Positions 51,177 to 60,608 of a DNA stretch of 64,000 nucleotides are shown piece by piece; within the stretch, counting starts at the first letter, position 1, and every line of letters starts with the position of its first letter. The stretch spans positions 6,555-70,554 of the forward strand of contig CALDET010000059.1 in assembly GCA_937944365.1 (NCBI GenBank), written 5' to 3'. The notes beneath the pieces were generated by a model. That model saw only the letters and a list, made by a program, of their open reading frames with translations. It was not told the DNA's origin and did no database searches. Origin of the DNA: an uncultured Bacteroidales bacterium. GTDB taxonomy: Bacteria; Bacteroidota; Bacteroidia; Bacteroidales; Bacteroidaceae. The position numbers and the translations under genes are program-made.

Positions 51177-52289
51177 TTACACGTTTTCATTACTTGCGCT
51201 TTCAGCATTCTGTCCGGCATCTGTTGCCGTCTGCGTGCGTTTGGCGTTCATGATAAATTCTTTAACGAATATCCACATGGCCGTTAAGGAGAAAACCAAG
51301 AAGACATAAGTGAATGCAATCATCTTTTTTCGTGGATAAGAAGCCATGATGGGTTTTACTGCCGGCTGGATGATTGCAAAGATAGGCTTTTTCTCTTGTA
51401 GTTTCGCCTTTGCCACTTCCAGCTGTTGTGCAATCTGCGTATGGATTGAGTAAGCCAGTTGCATTTCATTCTCCAGATTCGTTATTTCAGACTTCACCGA
51501 AGTCAGATAAGCATCCTGATGGCTGTCCGCATATAGAGCATACTCCTGACACGCCTTATTGTATCTCTGCAAAGATTCGTTATAAAGATTTTCAAAGTAC
51601 TGTACATTCTTTTGTTCTTTTGCGGTACGATAGTTGTCCACGTAGGTCTGCAGTTTCTCTGTCACGGCCTGAGCCACCGTAGCTGCAATCAACGGGTCCT
51701 GCATAGTGGCCTGAACGGTAATCATCCCGCTGGTCTGGTCTATCAGTATGCCCAGCTGACCTGCAAATCCCGCGAAGAACAGACGCTCGTCCTCTGTCAG
51801 CTCTTCTGCAGATGCCTTTCTTATGTCATGTTCCTCTACAACCTCGTCACTTGTTCCGCTGTTCAAAACGGAGAAGATGCCAAAGACTTTTCCCCACCAT
51901 GGAGACTTGAAATCTTCTGTAAGGTACTTGTATAGTGTTGTGTTTATTTCTCCGTCTTCGCTCTTTACAGGTAAATCGAGCAGTTCCGTAAGAAATGGAG
52001 TGGAAGCCACGATAGATGGATAAATCTCCGGATAAAGAGCCTCGTTGCCGGACAGTCCGCCAAGATTCACTCCTGCCATTTGCGCCAATGAGCCTAAACT
52101 TCCGGACAAGGTTGTGTTGCCGGAGGACAGTTCGGGGGCTATCAGAACCTCGGCTGTATAGTTTTTCGGTATGCTATAAGCGACAACGACCGCGCATACA
52201 AATGCTATGGAGCAGTTGCGGATAATCAGTTTCTTTTTCTTCCATAACAAAAGAAACAACCCGAAGATATCTATATTCTTTGCATTCAT
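51177..52289 (-). CDS. Chain-length determinant Wzz/GumC family (alternative start 52331)
   Basis: Two terminal TM helices, SLAQMAGVNLG, YP.IV.S, coiled coil, IQPA..P...P motif. Confidence 0.85.
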   Translation of the reverse strand: MNAKNIDIFGLFLLLWKKKKLIIRNCSIAFVCAVVVAYSIPKNYTAEVLIAPELSSGNTTLSGSLGSLAQMAGVNLGGLSGNEALYPEIYPSIVASTPFLTELLDLPVKSEDGEINTTLYKYLTEDFKSPWWGKVFGIFSVLNSGTSDEVVEEHDIRKASAEELTEDERLFFAGFAGQLGILIDQTSGMITVQATMQDPLIAATVAQAVTEKLQTYVDNYRTAKEQKNVQYFENLYNESLQRYNKACQEYALYADSHQDAYLTSVKSEITNLENEMQLAYSIHTQIAQQLEVAKAKLQEKKPIFAIIQPAVKPIMASYPRKKMIAFTYVFLVFSLTAMWIFVKEFIMNAKRTQTATDAGQNAESASNENV

Positions 52290-52385
52290 AATTATCTGTT
52301 TCTGTTTTGTCTTGTCCGGCATTTCACTCATCCTATCTCATCGATGCTTATGCGATGAATGCAAGTGCCCCGTTTCTGATTTCTT

Positions 52386-54917
52386 TTATTTCCTCAACAG
52401 AGCCGTAACGACCGATGCCAGTGAAACTCCCATCGTGCTGAGGCTCATGATTTCCGCGAAGGACAGTCCTTTGCGCTTGCGCTTTGCGGGTACCACGATT
52501 TTACATCCCGGTTGTATGTCCTTTTCACTGCGGACTCTTGTCACAGTTCCGTTCATATTGACAGCAAAGGCCTTTCTCTTCTGTGCCCTGCTGCTGAATC
52601 CTCCGGCCTGATTGATGTAGAAATTCAATTTGGCTTTCTTCTTGTAGGCGACGGTGTTGGGATACATCACTTCGCCATTGATGGAAACCGTATTGTTTAT
52701 TTCGGGCACGACCAATTCATCCCCTTCTGTCAATACGATATCCCATTCCGGGTCTCCGGGGTTGGCCAAAGCCTTGTTCAGATTGATACCGACTACCTGG
52801 GTGTCGCCCAAGGCTATCTTATTGACATCTACGCTGTCGCTGGTTGCGACAATCTTCAGTATCTGCCGCTGCATCTCCTTGTCTTCGTCGGTTTGCTTGC
52901 GAATCAGTTTGGCTCCTTCCGAGTAAGCTTCGGGAGTCAGGCCGCCGGCCGCCTTCACCAAGTCGCTCAGGCGTGAACTCTTCTTGTCCAAGACATAAGT
53001 ACCCTTGAACAAGACTTCTCCGGATACGGATACGTGTTGCTGTTCCACATATCCGGGAGAACGTCTTACGTATACCTCGTCGAAGGGTTCAAGCACAAAT
53101 CCCGGAGTACCGCTCAGTACGAATCCCTCTTTCAGTTCAAAGCTGAAAGTCTGTGCCACTTCGTTGGGCACTTGTGTCGAGGCTTGGTTTCTGATGCGTC
53201 GTGCCACATCCACTTTCACCACCGATGCGGCATCTTTCAGTCCGCCTGCCTGAAGGATGAAATCCTCCAATGTGGTGTTTTCCGCAAATTCATATTTTCC
53301 AGGATAGGGGACTTCACCTTCTATGCTCAGTATCAGTTCCTCCTGCATCTCCTTCTTGCTGGGGACAAATACCACGTCCTCATTACGCAGCGTAACGTCG
53401 GGCGACATGTGGCTCATTATTTCCTTTACGTCCACCGACAAGACTTCAAGCGTTCTGTCTTCCTTTCTTCTATGAATGATGGCGCGTGCCGTAAATGCGT
53501 CTTCCGAAAGACCGCCCGCCGCTTCAATCAACTGGCGCACTGTTCCGATGTTTCCATCGACCTGGAACATGCCGGGGCGTCGCACCGCTCCTTTGATTTC
53601 TACCATATTCGTGAAACGGTTGAGTGCGGAATCCACGCTCAGGGAGTCTCCGTCGCAGAGTTGGAAAGAACCTTGTTCGAATTCGCCGATGGAGTAAATC
53701 TTGAATTCACCGCCGAACGGACGGACCAGCCGGACATGCTGCCGGTAGGCATCCCCGGTGAATCCTCCGGCATACTTCAACAAGGTGGAAACGCTCTCAT
53801 TGTTTCTCATTTCATAATACATGGGGCGTTTAACCTTTCCGGTGATGTTTACCAGACAGTCGTAAGGACCTACAATAATCATGTCGCCCGAGGCCAGACG
53901 CACGTTGCCCGACAGGTGGCCGTTCAGAATGTAATCGTAGACATCGACCGTCGCGACTTCACGGTTGTTGCGATATACCTTTATGTTGCGCAGCGTACCG
54001 ATGTCGTTCGGACCTCCAGCCATATAGAGTGCATGGAATACAGTGGCAAAGGCCGATACCGTGTATGTGCCGGGCATGTTCACTTCGCCGACGACATTGA
54101 CAGAGATGGTCTTTGTCTGTCCGACGGAAAGTCGCAGGTTCGAGCCTGCATAACGCTGTCCCAGCGTAGAGCGCAGGCGGTTGTTTGCCTGTTTTACGGT
54201 CAATCCCGAAACTTGTACGGGGCCGAATCCCTCTATGTCTATATCGCCTTCGGGCGATATCGTGGCTGTGATGTTTTTCTGAGAAGTTCCCCATACATCT
54301 ATATACACCTCGTCGCCGGGGCCAAGCCGGTAGTCGGCAGGAGTGGCGATGTTCATGTCAGGCTCAAAGGTCAGGTTCGTATTATTAAATATGTCGTGAC
54401 CGAATATCCGGGGCTTATTTTCATCGAGGGCAAGGTCCTCGTAAGTGTACATCCGCAAAGAGTCCGGGAGCATGAAGTCCATTTCCATTTCATAGTCGTC
54501 CGCATAGTTCTGTTCCTGTCTCTGGAGTTCTTTCTTGCTCAGGTTGGACTGGGACGAAGAGGGCCTTTTCTGTTCGGGCTTGCGGAAATTCCTGCTTTGG
54601 TCTTTGGGGTCTCCGTTGTTCGTGCGTGTGCGCTGTTTTTCGCTCGTTCCGCCCGTCAAATCGCGAGTACCCAACTGGTTGTTGCTCTTTTCCCGTTCAT
54701 ATTTCGTCCTGATACGACGTATCTGTTCTATGGGGACATTCTTTTCGATGAGTTTTTTAACGATTTCAGAAGTTTTTGTGCCCTTTTCCGTTTCGGACAT
54801 GACAAAGTTCATCACCTGCTGGTCTGTCATGGCCGTTTGTGCAAAAGCCGACGTCTGTAACATGAACATACAGGCACAGGCGAGAAATAACCGTTTCATA
54901 TTGTTCTGAAAGCTCAT
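52386..54917 (-). CDS. Polysaccharide export protein with SLBB repeats (Wza/KpsD-like)
   Basis: IFGH..F, Y.LGPGD, repeated GEV..PG.Y and AGG motifs. Confidence 0.9.
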   Translation of the reverse strand: MSFQNNMKRLFLACACMFMLQTSAFAQTAMTDQQVMNFVMSETEKGTKTSEIVKKLIEKNVPIEQIRRIRTKYEREKSNNQLGTRDLTGGTSEKQRTRTNNGDPKDQSRNFRKPEQKRPSSSQSNLSKKELQRQEQNYADDYEMEMDFMLPDSLRMYTYEDLALDENKPRIFGHDIFNNTNLTFEPDMNIATPADYRLGPGDEVYIDVWGTSQKNITATISPEGDIDIEGFGPVQVSGLTVKQANNRLRSTLGQRYAGSNLRLSVGQTKTISVNVVGEVNMPGTYTVSAFATVFHALYMAGGPNDIGTLRNIKVYRNNREVATVDVYDYILNGHLSGNVRLASGDMIIVGPYDCLVNITGKVKRPMYYEMRNNESVSTLLKYAGGFTGDAYRQHVRLVRPFGGEFKIYSIGEFEQGSFQLCDGDSLSVDSALNRFTNMVEIKGAVRRPGMFQVDGNIGTVRQLIEAAGGLSEDAFTARAIIHRRKEDRTLEVLSVDVKEIMSHMSPDVTLRNEDVVFVPSKKEMQEELILSIEGEVPYPGKYEFAENTTLEDFILQAGGLKDAASVVKVDVARRIRNQASTQVPNEVAQTFSFELKEGFVLSGTPGFVLEPFDEVYVRRSPGYVEQQHVSVSGEVLFKGTYVLDKKSSRLSDLVKAAGGLTPEAYSEGAKLIRKQTDEDKEMQRQILKIVATSDSVDVNKIALGDTQVVGINLNKALANPGDPEWDIVLTEGDELVVPEINNTVSINGEVMYPNTVAYKKKAKLNFYINQAGGFSSRAQKRKAFAVNMNGTVTRVRSEKDIQPGCKIVVPAKRKRKGLSFAEIMSLSTMGVSLASVVTALLRK

Positions 54918-54956
54918 ACTATGTATCTTATCTGTTATATTCTTATTTCAGTTCAT

Positions 54957-55607
54957 TCAGGCGGACTTGCCGTCTCCCATCACGATAATTCTTATTGTCT
55001 TGAACATGATGGAGAAGTCGGAAAGGAGTGTGGCGGTTTCCACATAACGTAGATCCATGCTCAACCGCTCCAGCATTTTATCCAGTGTATAGGTATAGCC
55101 ATTGTATAGTGTGGCCTCGGATGTCACTCCCGGCCGGACCTGATACAGGCAGCGGTAGCGGGAATCCTCCTTCATGATTTTGTCGATGAAATATTGGCGT
55201 TCCGGACGCGGGCCTACCATGGACATGTCGCCTTTCAGGACATTCCAGAACTGGGGAAGTTCGTCCAGATGGTGCATTCTTAGGAACCGGCCGGCCCGGG
55301 TCAGGCGGTCGTCATTCTTTTCCGCCAGTTGCTGGCCGTTGCTTTCCGCGTCCATGTGCATGGTCCGGAACTTGTAAATTTGGAAAGGCCGGCCCTTATA
55401 GCCGATACGCTCCTGTTTGAAAATGACTTTCCCGTCGCATTGCAGCAGGAGTGTGATGTAGATGACAAGAAATACCGGCGACAGCAATATAAGGCCGAGA
55501 AGAGCGCATACAATATCGACCGACCGTTTCAGGAACATCTGAATCCGTCCCATCCGTCTTACGACGTGAGAACTCTCGGTCTTTCTATTTACTACCTTAT
55601 ATTGCAT
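54957..55607 (-). CDS. Initiating undecaprenyl-phosphate sugar transferase
   Basis: KR..DI, FKQERIG, KFRTM, LDELPQFWNVLKGDMSMVGPRPE, RPGVT; TATCTTTG promoter on minus at ~55662-55669. Confidence 0.92.
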   Translation of the reverse strand: MQYKVVNRKTESSHVVRRMGRIQMFLKRSVDIVCALLGLILLSPVFLVIYITLLLQCDGKVIFKQERIGYKGRPFQIYKFRTMHMDAESNGQQLAEKNDDRLTRAGRFLRMHHLDELPQFWNVLKGDMSMVGPRPERQYFIDKIMKEDSRYRCLYQVRPGVTSEATLYNGYTYTLDKMLERLSMDLRYVETATLLSDFSIMFKTIRIIVMGDGKSA

Positions 55608-55834
55608 CGCCCCGGAGATGATATCTCTTTATGGTTAAAACGTATTTTTACAAAAATATTGCAAAGATACAATTTCTTTTTGACGGGGCAACCCTTTCTA
55701 CGGCCATTCTTCAGTGAAACGCGTTCCGGACACGCCGGCGGGACGTGCTTTATGGACAAATCATGCGATGGCGGCGGGAGGGGCGGATGCGTGTCCCTGT
55801 TGCTCCCGCGGCGGTTGTCATATTGCTTTCCCGG

Positions 55835-56731
55835 TCATGCTTTCAGCCGGAACTCGTTGGGGGTGATGCCGGTTATCTTCTTGAAGACTCTGGTCAGGTG
55901 GTGCGGATACTTGAAACCGAGTTCGTATGCGATTTCGCTGACATTCATTTCCTTTTCCGCGATGAGCCGCTTTGCCCTGTCTATGACAAACAATTGAATA
56001 TATTCCTGCGCGGTCTTGCCCAGTTCCTTTCTGACAAGGTCGCCGAAGTAGTTGGGAGAGAGGCACACTTCGTCGGCGCACATGTGTACGGTCGGAAGAC
56101 CCGATTTTCGGGCTTTGCCCGATTCGAACCAGTCGTGCAGTATCCCGTCGAAGCGTTTCAGAACGCTGCGGTTGGGAATTTCGCGTGTGATGAACTGGCG
56201 TTCGTAGAAGCGTGCGCAGTGGTTCAGCAGGGTTTCTATGTTCGAAGCTATGATTTGTTTGGTGTGCCGGTCAATGTCGTGCTCCAGTTCCGCCGCTACT
56301 CCGTGGAAGCAGCTCAGGACGGTCGATTTCTCGCGCTCGGACACGTGCAGGGCCTCGTTCGAATCGTATGAGAAGAACGTATAATCCTTCATGTGCCTTG
56401 CGAGCGAGGTTCCGTACAGCAGGTCGGGGTGGAACATGAGGGCAAAACCCTTGGGGTTCTGCGTCACCCCGTTGTCGTTCACACCGACGAACTGTCCCGG
56501 AGAGATGAAAAGCAAGGTTCCTTCCTGGTAGTCGTACTTGCTGCGGCCGTATTCGATGGTGCCGCATACCAGTTCCTTGTAAAAGATACAATAAAAACCG
56601 AATTCGGCGCGGAAGTGCCGGACGCTTTCGAGTTTTGAGAAGTCGGCGACGGACACAAGCGGGTGCAGGGTCTCTATGCCCAGCAGATGGTTGTATTCCT
56701 CTATGGTGTTGAGGCGGGGAACGGTATTCAT
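55835..56731 (-). CDS. AraC family transcriptional regulator
   Basis: YGRSKYDYQEGTL, FHPD, LSPNYFGDLVRKE, SEIAYELGF.YP.H..R.FKK..G.TP. Confidence 0.92.
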   Translation of the reverse strand: MNTVPRLNTIEEYNHLLGIETLHPLVSVADFSKLESVRHFRAEFGFYCIFYKELVCGTIEYGRSKYDYQEGTLLFISPGQFVGVNDNGVTQNPKGFALMFHPDLLYGTSLARHMKDYTFFSYDSNEALHVSEREKSTVLSCFHGVAAELEHDIDRHTKQIIASNIETLLNHCARFYERQFITREIPNRSVLKRFDGILHDWFESGKARKSGLPTVHMCADEVCLSPNYFGDLVRKELGKTAQEYIQLFVIDRAKRLIAEKEMNVSEIAYELGFKYPHHLTRVFKKITGITPNEFRLKA

Positions 56732-56954
56732 GGTTACGATCGGTTTTATGTTGCAAAATTATCGACTTCCATCCGTTTGGACAAGAAATCAAACGCATAT
56801 CTGTAATATGTGTTAGTGAATCCGTAATATGTGCTGTCCGTTCCCGACGGCCGGATAGAATATCGTAGTTGGCGTATCTGTCCGCTCCGCATGGGATGCT
56901 CTCTTGAGCTACCGGCGGTCTGTGGTGAGAAAAAGGGATATAAACAGCCGGCCG

Positions 56955-57186
56955 ACATTAACATTTTTAACTTTCGTGCACAATTAAGGCGGACGTATCC
57001 CCCTTTTGCTTTCCACTACATGCCATGTAGGAAAAACTACAAGGCACCTGGATTTTCTTTTCTTCGGGGTATTTTTCCCGGAAAACAGGCCGTGTGGTAC
57101 GAAAATAGGCGGGAAACTTCCCGCCTATTGGCTTTCGCAGTGCAAAGATAATACAATTTTAGCCCGAAAGCAAGAAATGTTAAAAT
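56955..57186 (-). repeat. Dispersed intergenic element, copy 4 (232 bp, one 21-bp unit shorter)
   Basis: Box 56955-56974, CTACA sites at 57016/57037, hairpin 57104-57129, TATCTTTG (-) 57143-57150, CTTG (-) 57171-57174. Confidence 0.88.
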
Positions 57187-57431
57187 CTCGGGCGGCGCAA
57201 AAAAACGGCATCTCGGCAGACATCGGCAGGCAAGGGACATAAAAGGGAACGGATGGCAATGTAGCGGCATATATCGGATGCGTCATCTTCCGCCAATCGC
57301 GGGCAAACAACCGGTCTGATACCATTGCTTCCGCCCGGCCGGGACGTTCTATTTCCGGTCATAAATGGAGAATAAAGCGGAGATGATGAAATAATCCATA
57401 GGAATTTGTTATCTTTGCAAATAAAAATATA

Positions 57432-58187
57432 ATGAGTCCAATATTTATAGTCGGCCCCTGTGTGATAGAGTCCGCCGGGTTGCTGGACGCGGTTGCGTCG
57501 GAGTTACAACGTATCCGCCGGAATACCGGTGCGGAGATTTATTTCAAGGCATCGTTTGACAAAGCGAACCGTACATCCCTGCATTCCTACCGCGGTCCGG
57601 GGCTGGAACGCGGCTTGCAGATGCTGGCTGACGTCAAGGAAAAGTACGGCCTGCCTTTGCTGACGGATATTCACGAAAGTTGTCAGGCCGAAGCTGCGGG
57701 AAGTGTCGTGGATGTGTTGCAGATTCCCGCTTTCCTGTGCCGTCAGACGGATTTGCTCGTGGCAGCCGCACGCACGGGCCGTACCGTGAACATCAAAAAA
57801 GCGCAGTTCCTTTCGGGAGAAGACATGAAATATCCTGTGGAAAAGTGCAGGGAGGCCGGTGCCGGCGAGGTATGGCTGACCGAGCGCGGTAATTCGTTCG
57901 GTTACAACACGCTGGTGGTCGATTTCCGCAATATACCCTTGATGAAGCCTTTGGCCGACAGGGTCATCATGGACTGTACGCACTCCGTGCAGCGTCCCGG
58001 CGCGGCCGGAGGCAAGACCGGGGGCGACCGGAGGTTTGTTCCTTCCATGGCTCTGGCTGCAAAGGCTTTCGGGGCCGACGGCTATTTCTTCGAGACCCAT
58101 CCCGATCCGGACCATGCCCTGAGTGACGGGCCGAATATGCTGGAACTGGACAAGATGGAAAACATGATTGAACAATTAATCGGATAA
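57432..58187 (+). CDS. kdsA: 3-deoxy-8-phosphooctulonate synthase
   Basis: GPCVIES, KASFDKANRTS, TDIHE, QIPAFLCRQTDL, NIKKAQF, TERG, D.THSVQ, E.HP.P..ALSDG; TATCTTTG at 57410-57417. Confidence 0.95.
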   Translation: MSPIFIVGPCVIESAGLLDAVASELQRIRRNTGAEIYFKASFDKANRTSLHSYRGPGLERGLQMLADVKEKYGLPLLTDIHESCQAEAAGSVVDVLQIPAFLCRQTDLLVAAARTGRTVNIKKAQFLSGEDMKYPVEKCREAGAGEVWLTERGNSFGYNTLVVDFRNIPLMKPLADRVIMDCTHSVQRPGAAGGKTGGDRRFVPSMALAAKAFGADGYFFETHPDPDHALSDGPNMLELDKMENMIEQLIG

Positions 58188-58273
58188 CAGAATAGGGCGG
58201 AGACGTGACACGACGGCGGTGACGCCGGACAGCCGTCGCTTCTTCCGCTTTCGGATAAAAAAAGTAATGTGTT

Positions 58274-59224
58274 ATGAGCAAGTGGACGGAAACAGCCATC
58301 AAGTGCCTGCGTGACGAAGCGCAGGCTTTACTCGAACTGATACCTAATATAGACGAGAACTTTGACCGTACGGTAGAGATTATCCTCAATTGCAAGGGAA
58401 AACTCATTGTGAGCGGGGTAGGAAAGAGCGGCCACATCGGGGCCAAGATTGCCGCAACGCTGTCAAGTACCGGCACTCCCAGTTTCTTTATTAATCCGCT
58501 GGATGCCTTTCACGGCGACCTGGGCGTGATTATGCCCGAAGATGTCGTGCTGGCTATTTCCAATTCGGGGGCTACCGACGAGTTGCTCCGTTTTCTCCCG
58601 TTCTTGCTGGAACGGAACATCCCGGTCATAGGGATGAGCAGCAATCCCAACTCCTTGTTGGCGCAGTATGCTACGGCCCACCTGAACACGGCCGTGAGCA
58701 AGGAAGCCTGTCCCCTCGGGCTGGCGCCTACGTCTTCGACGACGGCCACGCTGGCCCTTGGCGACGCGCTGGCCTGTGCGCTCATCGAAGCCCGTAACTT
58801 CAAGGCGTCGGACTTTGCCCGATTCCATCCGGGTGGCTCATTGGGTAAACGTCTGCTGACAAAGGCGAAAGACGTGATGCAAAAGGACGATTTGCCCGTA
58901 ATCCCGCCTACGATGTTGCTGGGAGAAGCTGTCATCCACATGAGCCGCGGGCGCTTGGGACTATGTGTGGCGGAAGACGCCGGAAAGGTGGTCGGCATCA
59001 TCACCGACGGCGATGTGCGCCGTGCCATGGAGACGTCGCAGGACCGTTTCTTCAGTCTTAAAGTTGCCGACATCATGTCGGTGTCCCCCAAGAAGGTCTC
59101 GCCCGAAACCAAAATAACCGACATCGAGAAGATATTGCACAAGAACAAAATCCATTCGGTATTGGTGACCGATGCGGATGACCGTCTGTTGGGAATTGTC
59201 GATTCTTTCAGTACAATGATCTGA
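58274..59224 (+). CDS. kdsD: Arabinose-5-phosphate isomerase (KpsF/GutQ; SIS plus CBS domains)
   Basis: GVGKSGHIG.KIAAT..STGTP, HGDLG, SNSG.T.E, EACPLGLAPTSST, FHPGGSLG, GIITDGD. Confidence 0.93.
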   Translation: MSKWTETAIKCLRDEAQALLELIPNIDENFDRTVEIILNCKGKLIVSGVGKSGHIGAKIAATLSSTGTPSFFINPLDAFHGDLGVIMPEDVVLAISNSGATDELLRFLPFLLERNIPVIGMSSNPNSLLAQYATAHLNTAVSKEACPLGLAPTSSTTATLALGDALACALIEARNFKASDFARFHPGGSLGKRLLTKAKDVMQKDDLPVIPPTMLLGEAVIHMSRGRLGLCVAEDAGKVVGIITDGDVRRAMETSQDRFFSLKVADIMSVSPKKVSPETKITDIEKILHKNKIHSVLVTDADDRLLGIVDSFSTMI

Positions 59225-59231
59225 CATCTTG

Positions 59232-60608
59232 ATGAAAAGGATACGATTCCTGATATTGTTGTCGCAGCTCTTCTGCGTCTGTTCCTTTGCGCAGGAACAT
59301 TCCGGAGACCGTCCTGTGAGGGCCGACTCCTTGCTGGTCGATTATCTTCAGACGGCATGGAATGTCAGGTTCACGGACAATAATCGCGTTGTCGTCTTTA
59401 AGAACGGACAGGAAAAGTTTGACGACCTGTTTAAGGCCGTCAAGGCGGCCCGCAAGAGCATACATCTGGAATATTTCAACTTTCGTAATGACTCCATTTC
59501 GGCGCTGCTGTTCAGACTGCTGGCGGAGAAAGCGTCCGAGGGTGTAAAGGTGAGGGCCGTTTTTGACGGCTTCGGCAACAGTTCCAACAACCGGCCTTTG
59601 CGTAAACGGCATCTGGACAGCCTGCGCTCCAAGGGAATAGAAATCTATGAGTTCGACCCTTTGCGTTTTCCGTGGATTAACCATGCGTTGCACAGAGACC
59701 ACCGGAAGATTGTCGTCATCGACGGCATCGTGGCCTATACGGGTGGAATGAATGTCGCCGACTACTACATAAAAGGCAAGCCCGAATTCGGAGACTGGCG
59801 GGACATACATGCCCGTGTCGAGGGCGATGCCGTGGGAGACCTGCAGGCGGTTTTCATTGACTTCTGGAACAAAGTGACCCGGCAGCATGTCAGCGGTCCG
59901 GATTATTATCCGGGTGAAAAGGATGCGGGGGACTTTTTTACGGGGCTGGCGCCCGATACGGCCGGAACTTCGGGACACAAGAAGGTGGGTGTGGTGAACC
60001 GCGACCCCAAGAAGTCGGCCCGTATCATACATGACACTTTTCTGGAGGCTATCAACGGCGCACAGCGTCAGATACAAATCATCAATCCGTATTTTACGCT
60101 TTGCCGTCACATCAAACGTGCCTTGAAGAAAGCGTGTGCCCGGGGGGTCGATGTGCAGATTATGATTTCCGAAAAGAGTGACATACCGGTAACGCCTCGA
60201 ATCGTTGAATACAATGCGCTGGGGCTGGTAGACGCCGGAGCGAAGGTCTATTGCTATCAGGGAGGGTTCCATCATAGCAAAATCATGATGGTGGACAGTG
60301 TCTGCTCGTTCATAGGTTCGGCTAATCTGAACAGCCGTAGCCTGTCGTTCGACTATGAATGCAATATCCTGATAGCCGACGAAGCCACCACACATACCCT
60401 GCAGCGGATATTCGAGACCGACAAGCAGACACGATGTTACAGGATGCTGCCGGAGCACCGGCGGAAACTGGGGAAATGGAAACGTTTCAAAGGTTGGTTG
60501 TTCCATTTCCTGATTCCTTTTGTAGAAAATATGCAAGACAATAAAGAATATAATTTACATCATTCGGCATTATGCGTGACACATCCTTCTCTATATGCAA
60601 AGCGTTAG
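59232..60608 (+). CDS. cls: Cardiolipin synthase / phospholipase D family protein
   Basis: Two HKD motifs (RDHRKIVVIDG, HHSKIMMVD), GGMNVAD.Y, WRD.H, GSANLN.RS. Confidence 0.85.
   Translation: MKRIRFLILLSQLFCVCSFAQEHSGDRPVRADSLLVDYLQTAWNVRFTDNNRVVVFKNGQEKFDDLFKAVKAARKSIHLEYFNFRNDSISALLFRLLAEKASEGVKVRAVFDGFGNSSNNRPLRKRHLDSLRSKGIEIYEFDPLRFPWINHALHRDHRKIVVIDGIVAYTGGMNVADYYIKGKPEFGDWRDIHARVEGDAVGDLQAVFIDFWNKVTRQHVSGPDYYPGEKDAGDFFTGLAPDTAGTSGHKKVGVVNRDPKKSARIIHDTFLEAINGAQRQIQIINPYFTLCRHIKRALKKACARGVDVQIMISEKSDIPVTPRIVEYNALGLVDAGAKVYCYQGGFHHSKIMMVDSVCSFIGSANLNSRSLSFDYECNILIADEATTHTLQRIFETDKQTRCYRMLPEHRRKLGKWKRFKGWLFHFLIPFVENMQDNKEYNLHHSALCVTHPSLYAKR

Noticed and set aside
53034..54860. 608-aa ORF on the plus strand
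   Set aside because: Antisense shadow of the SLBB exporter gene
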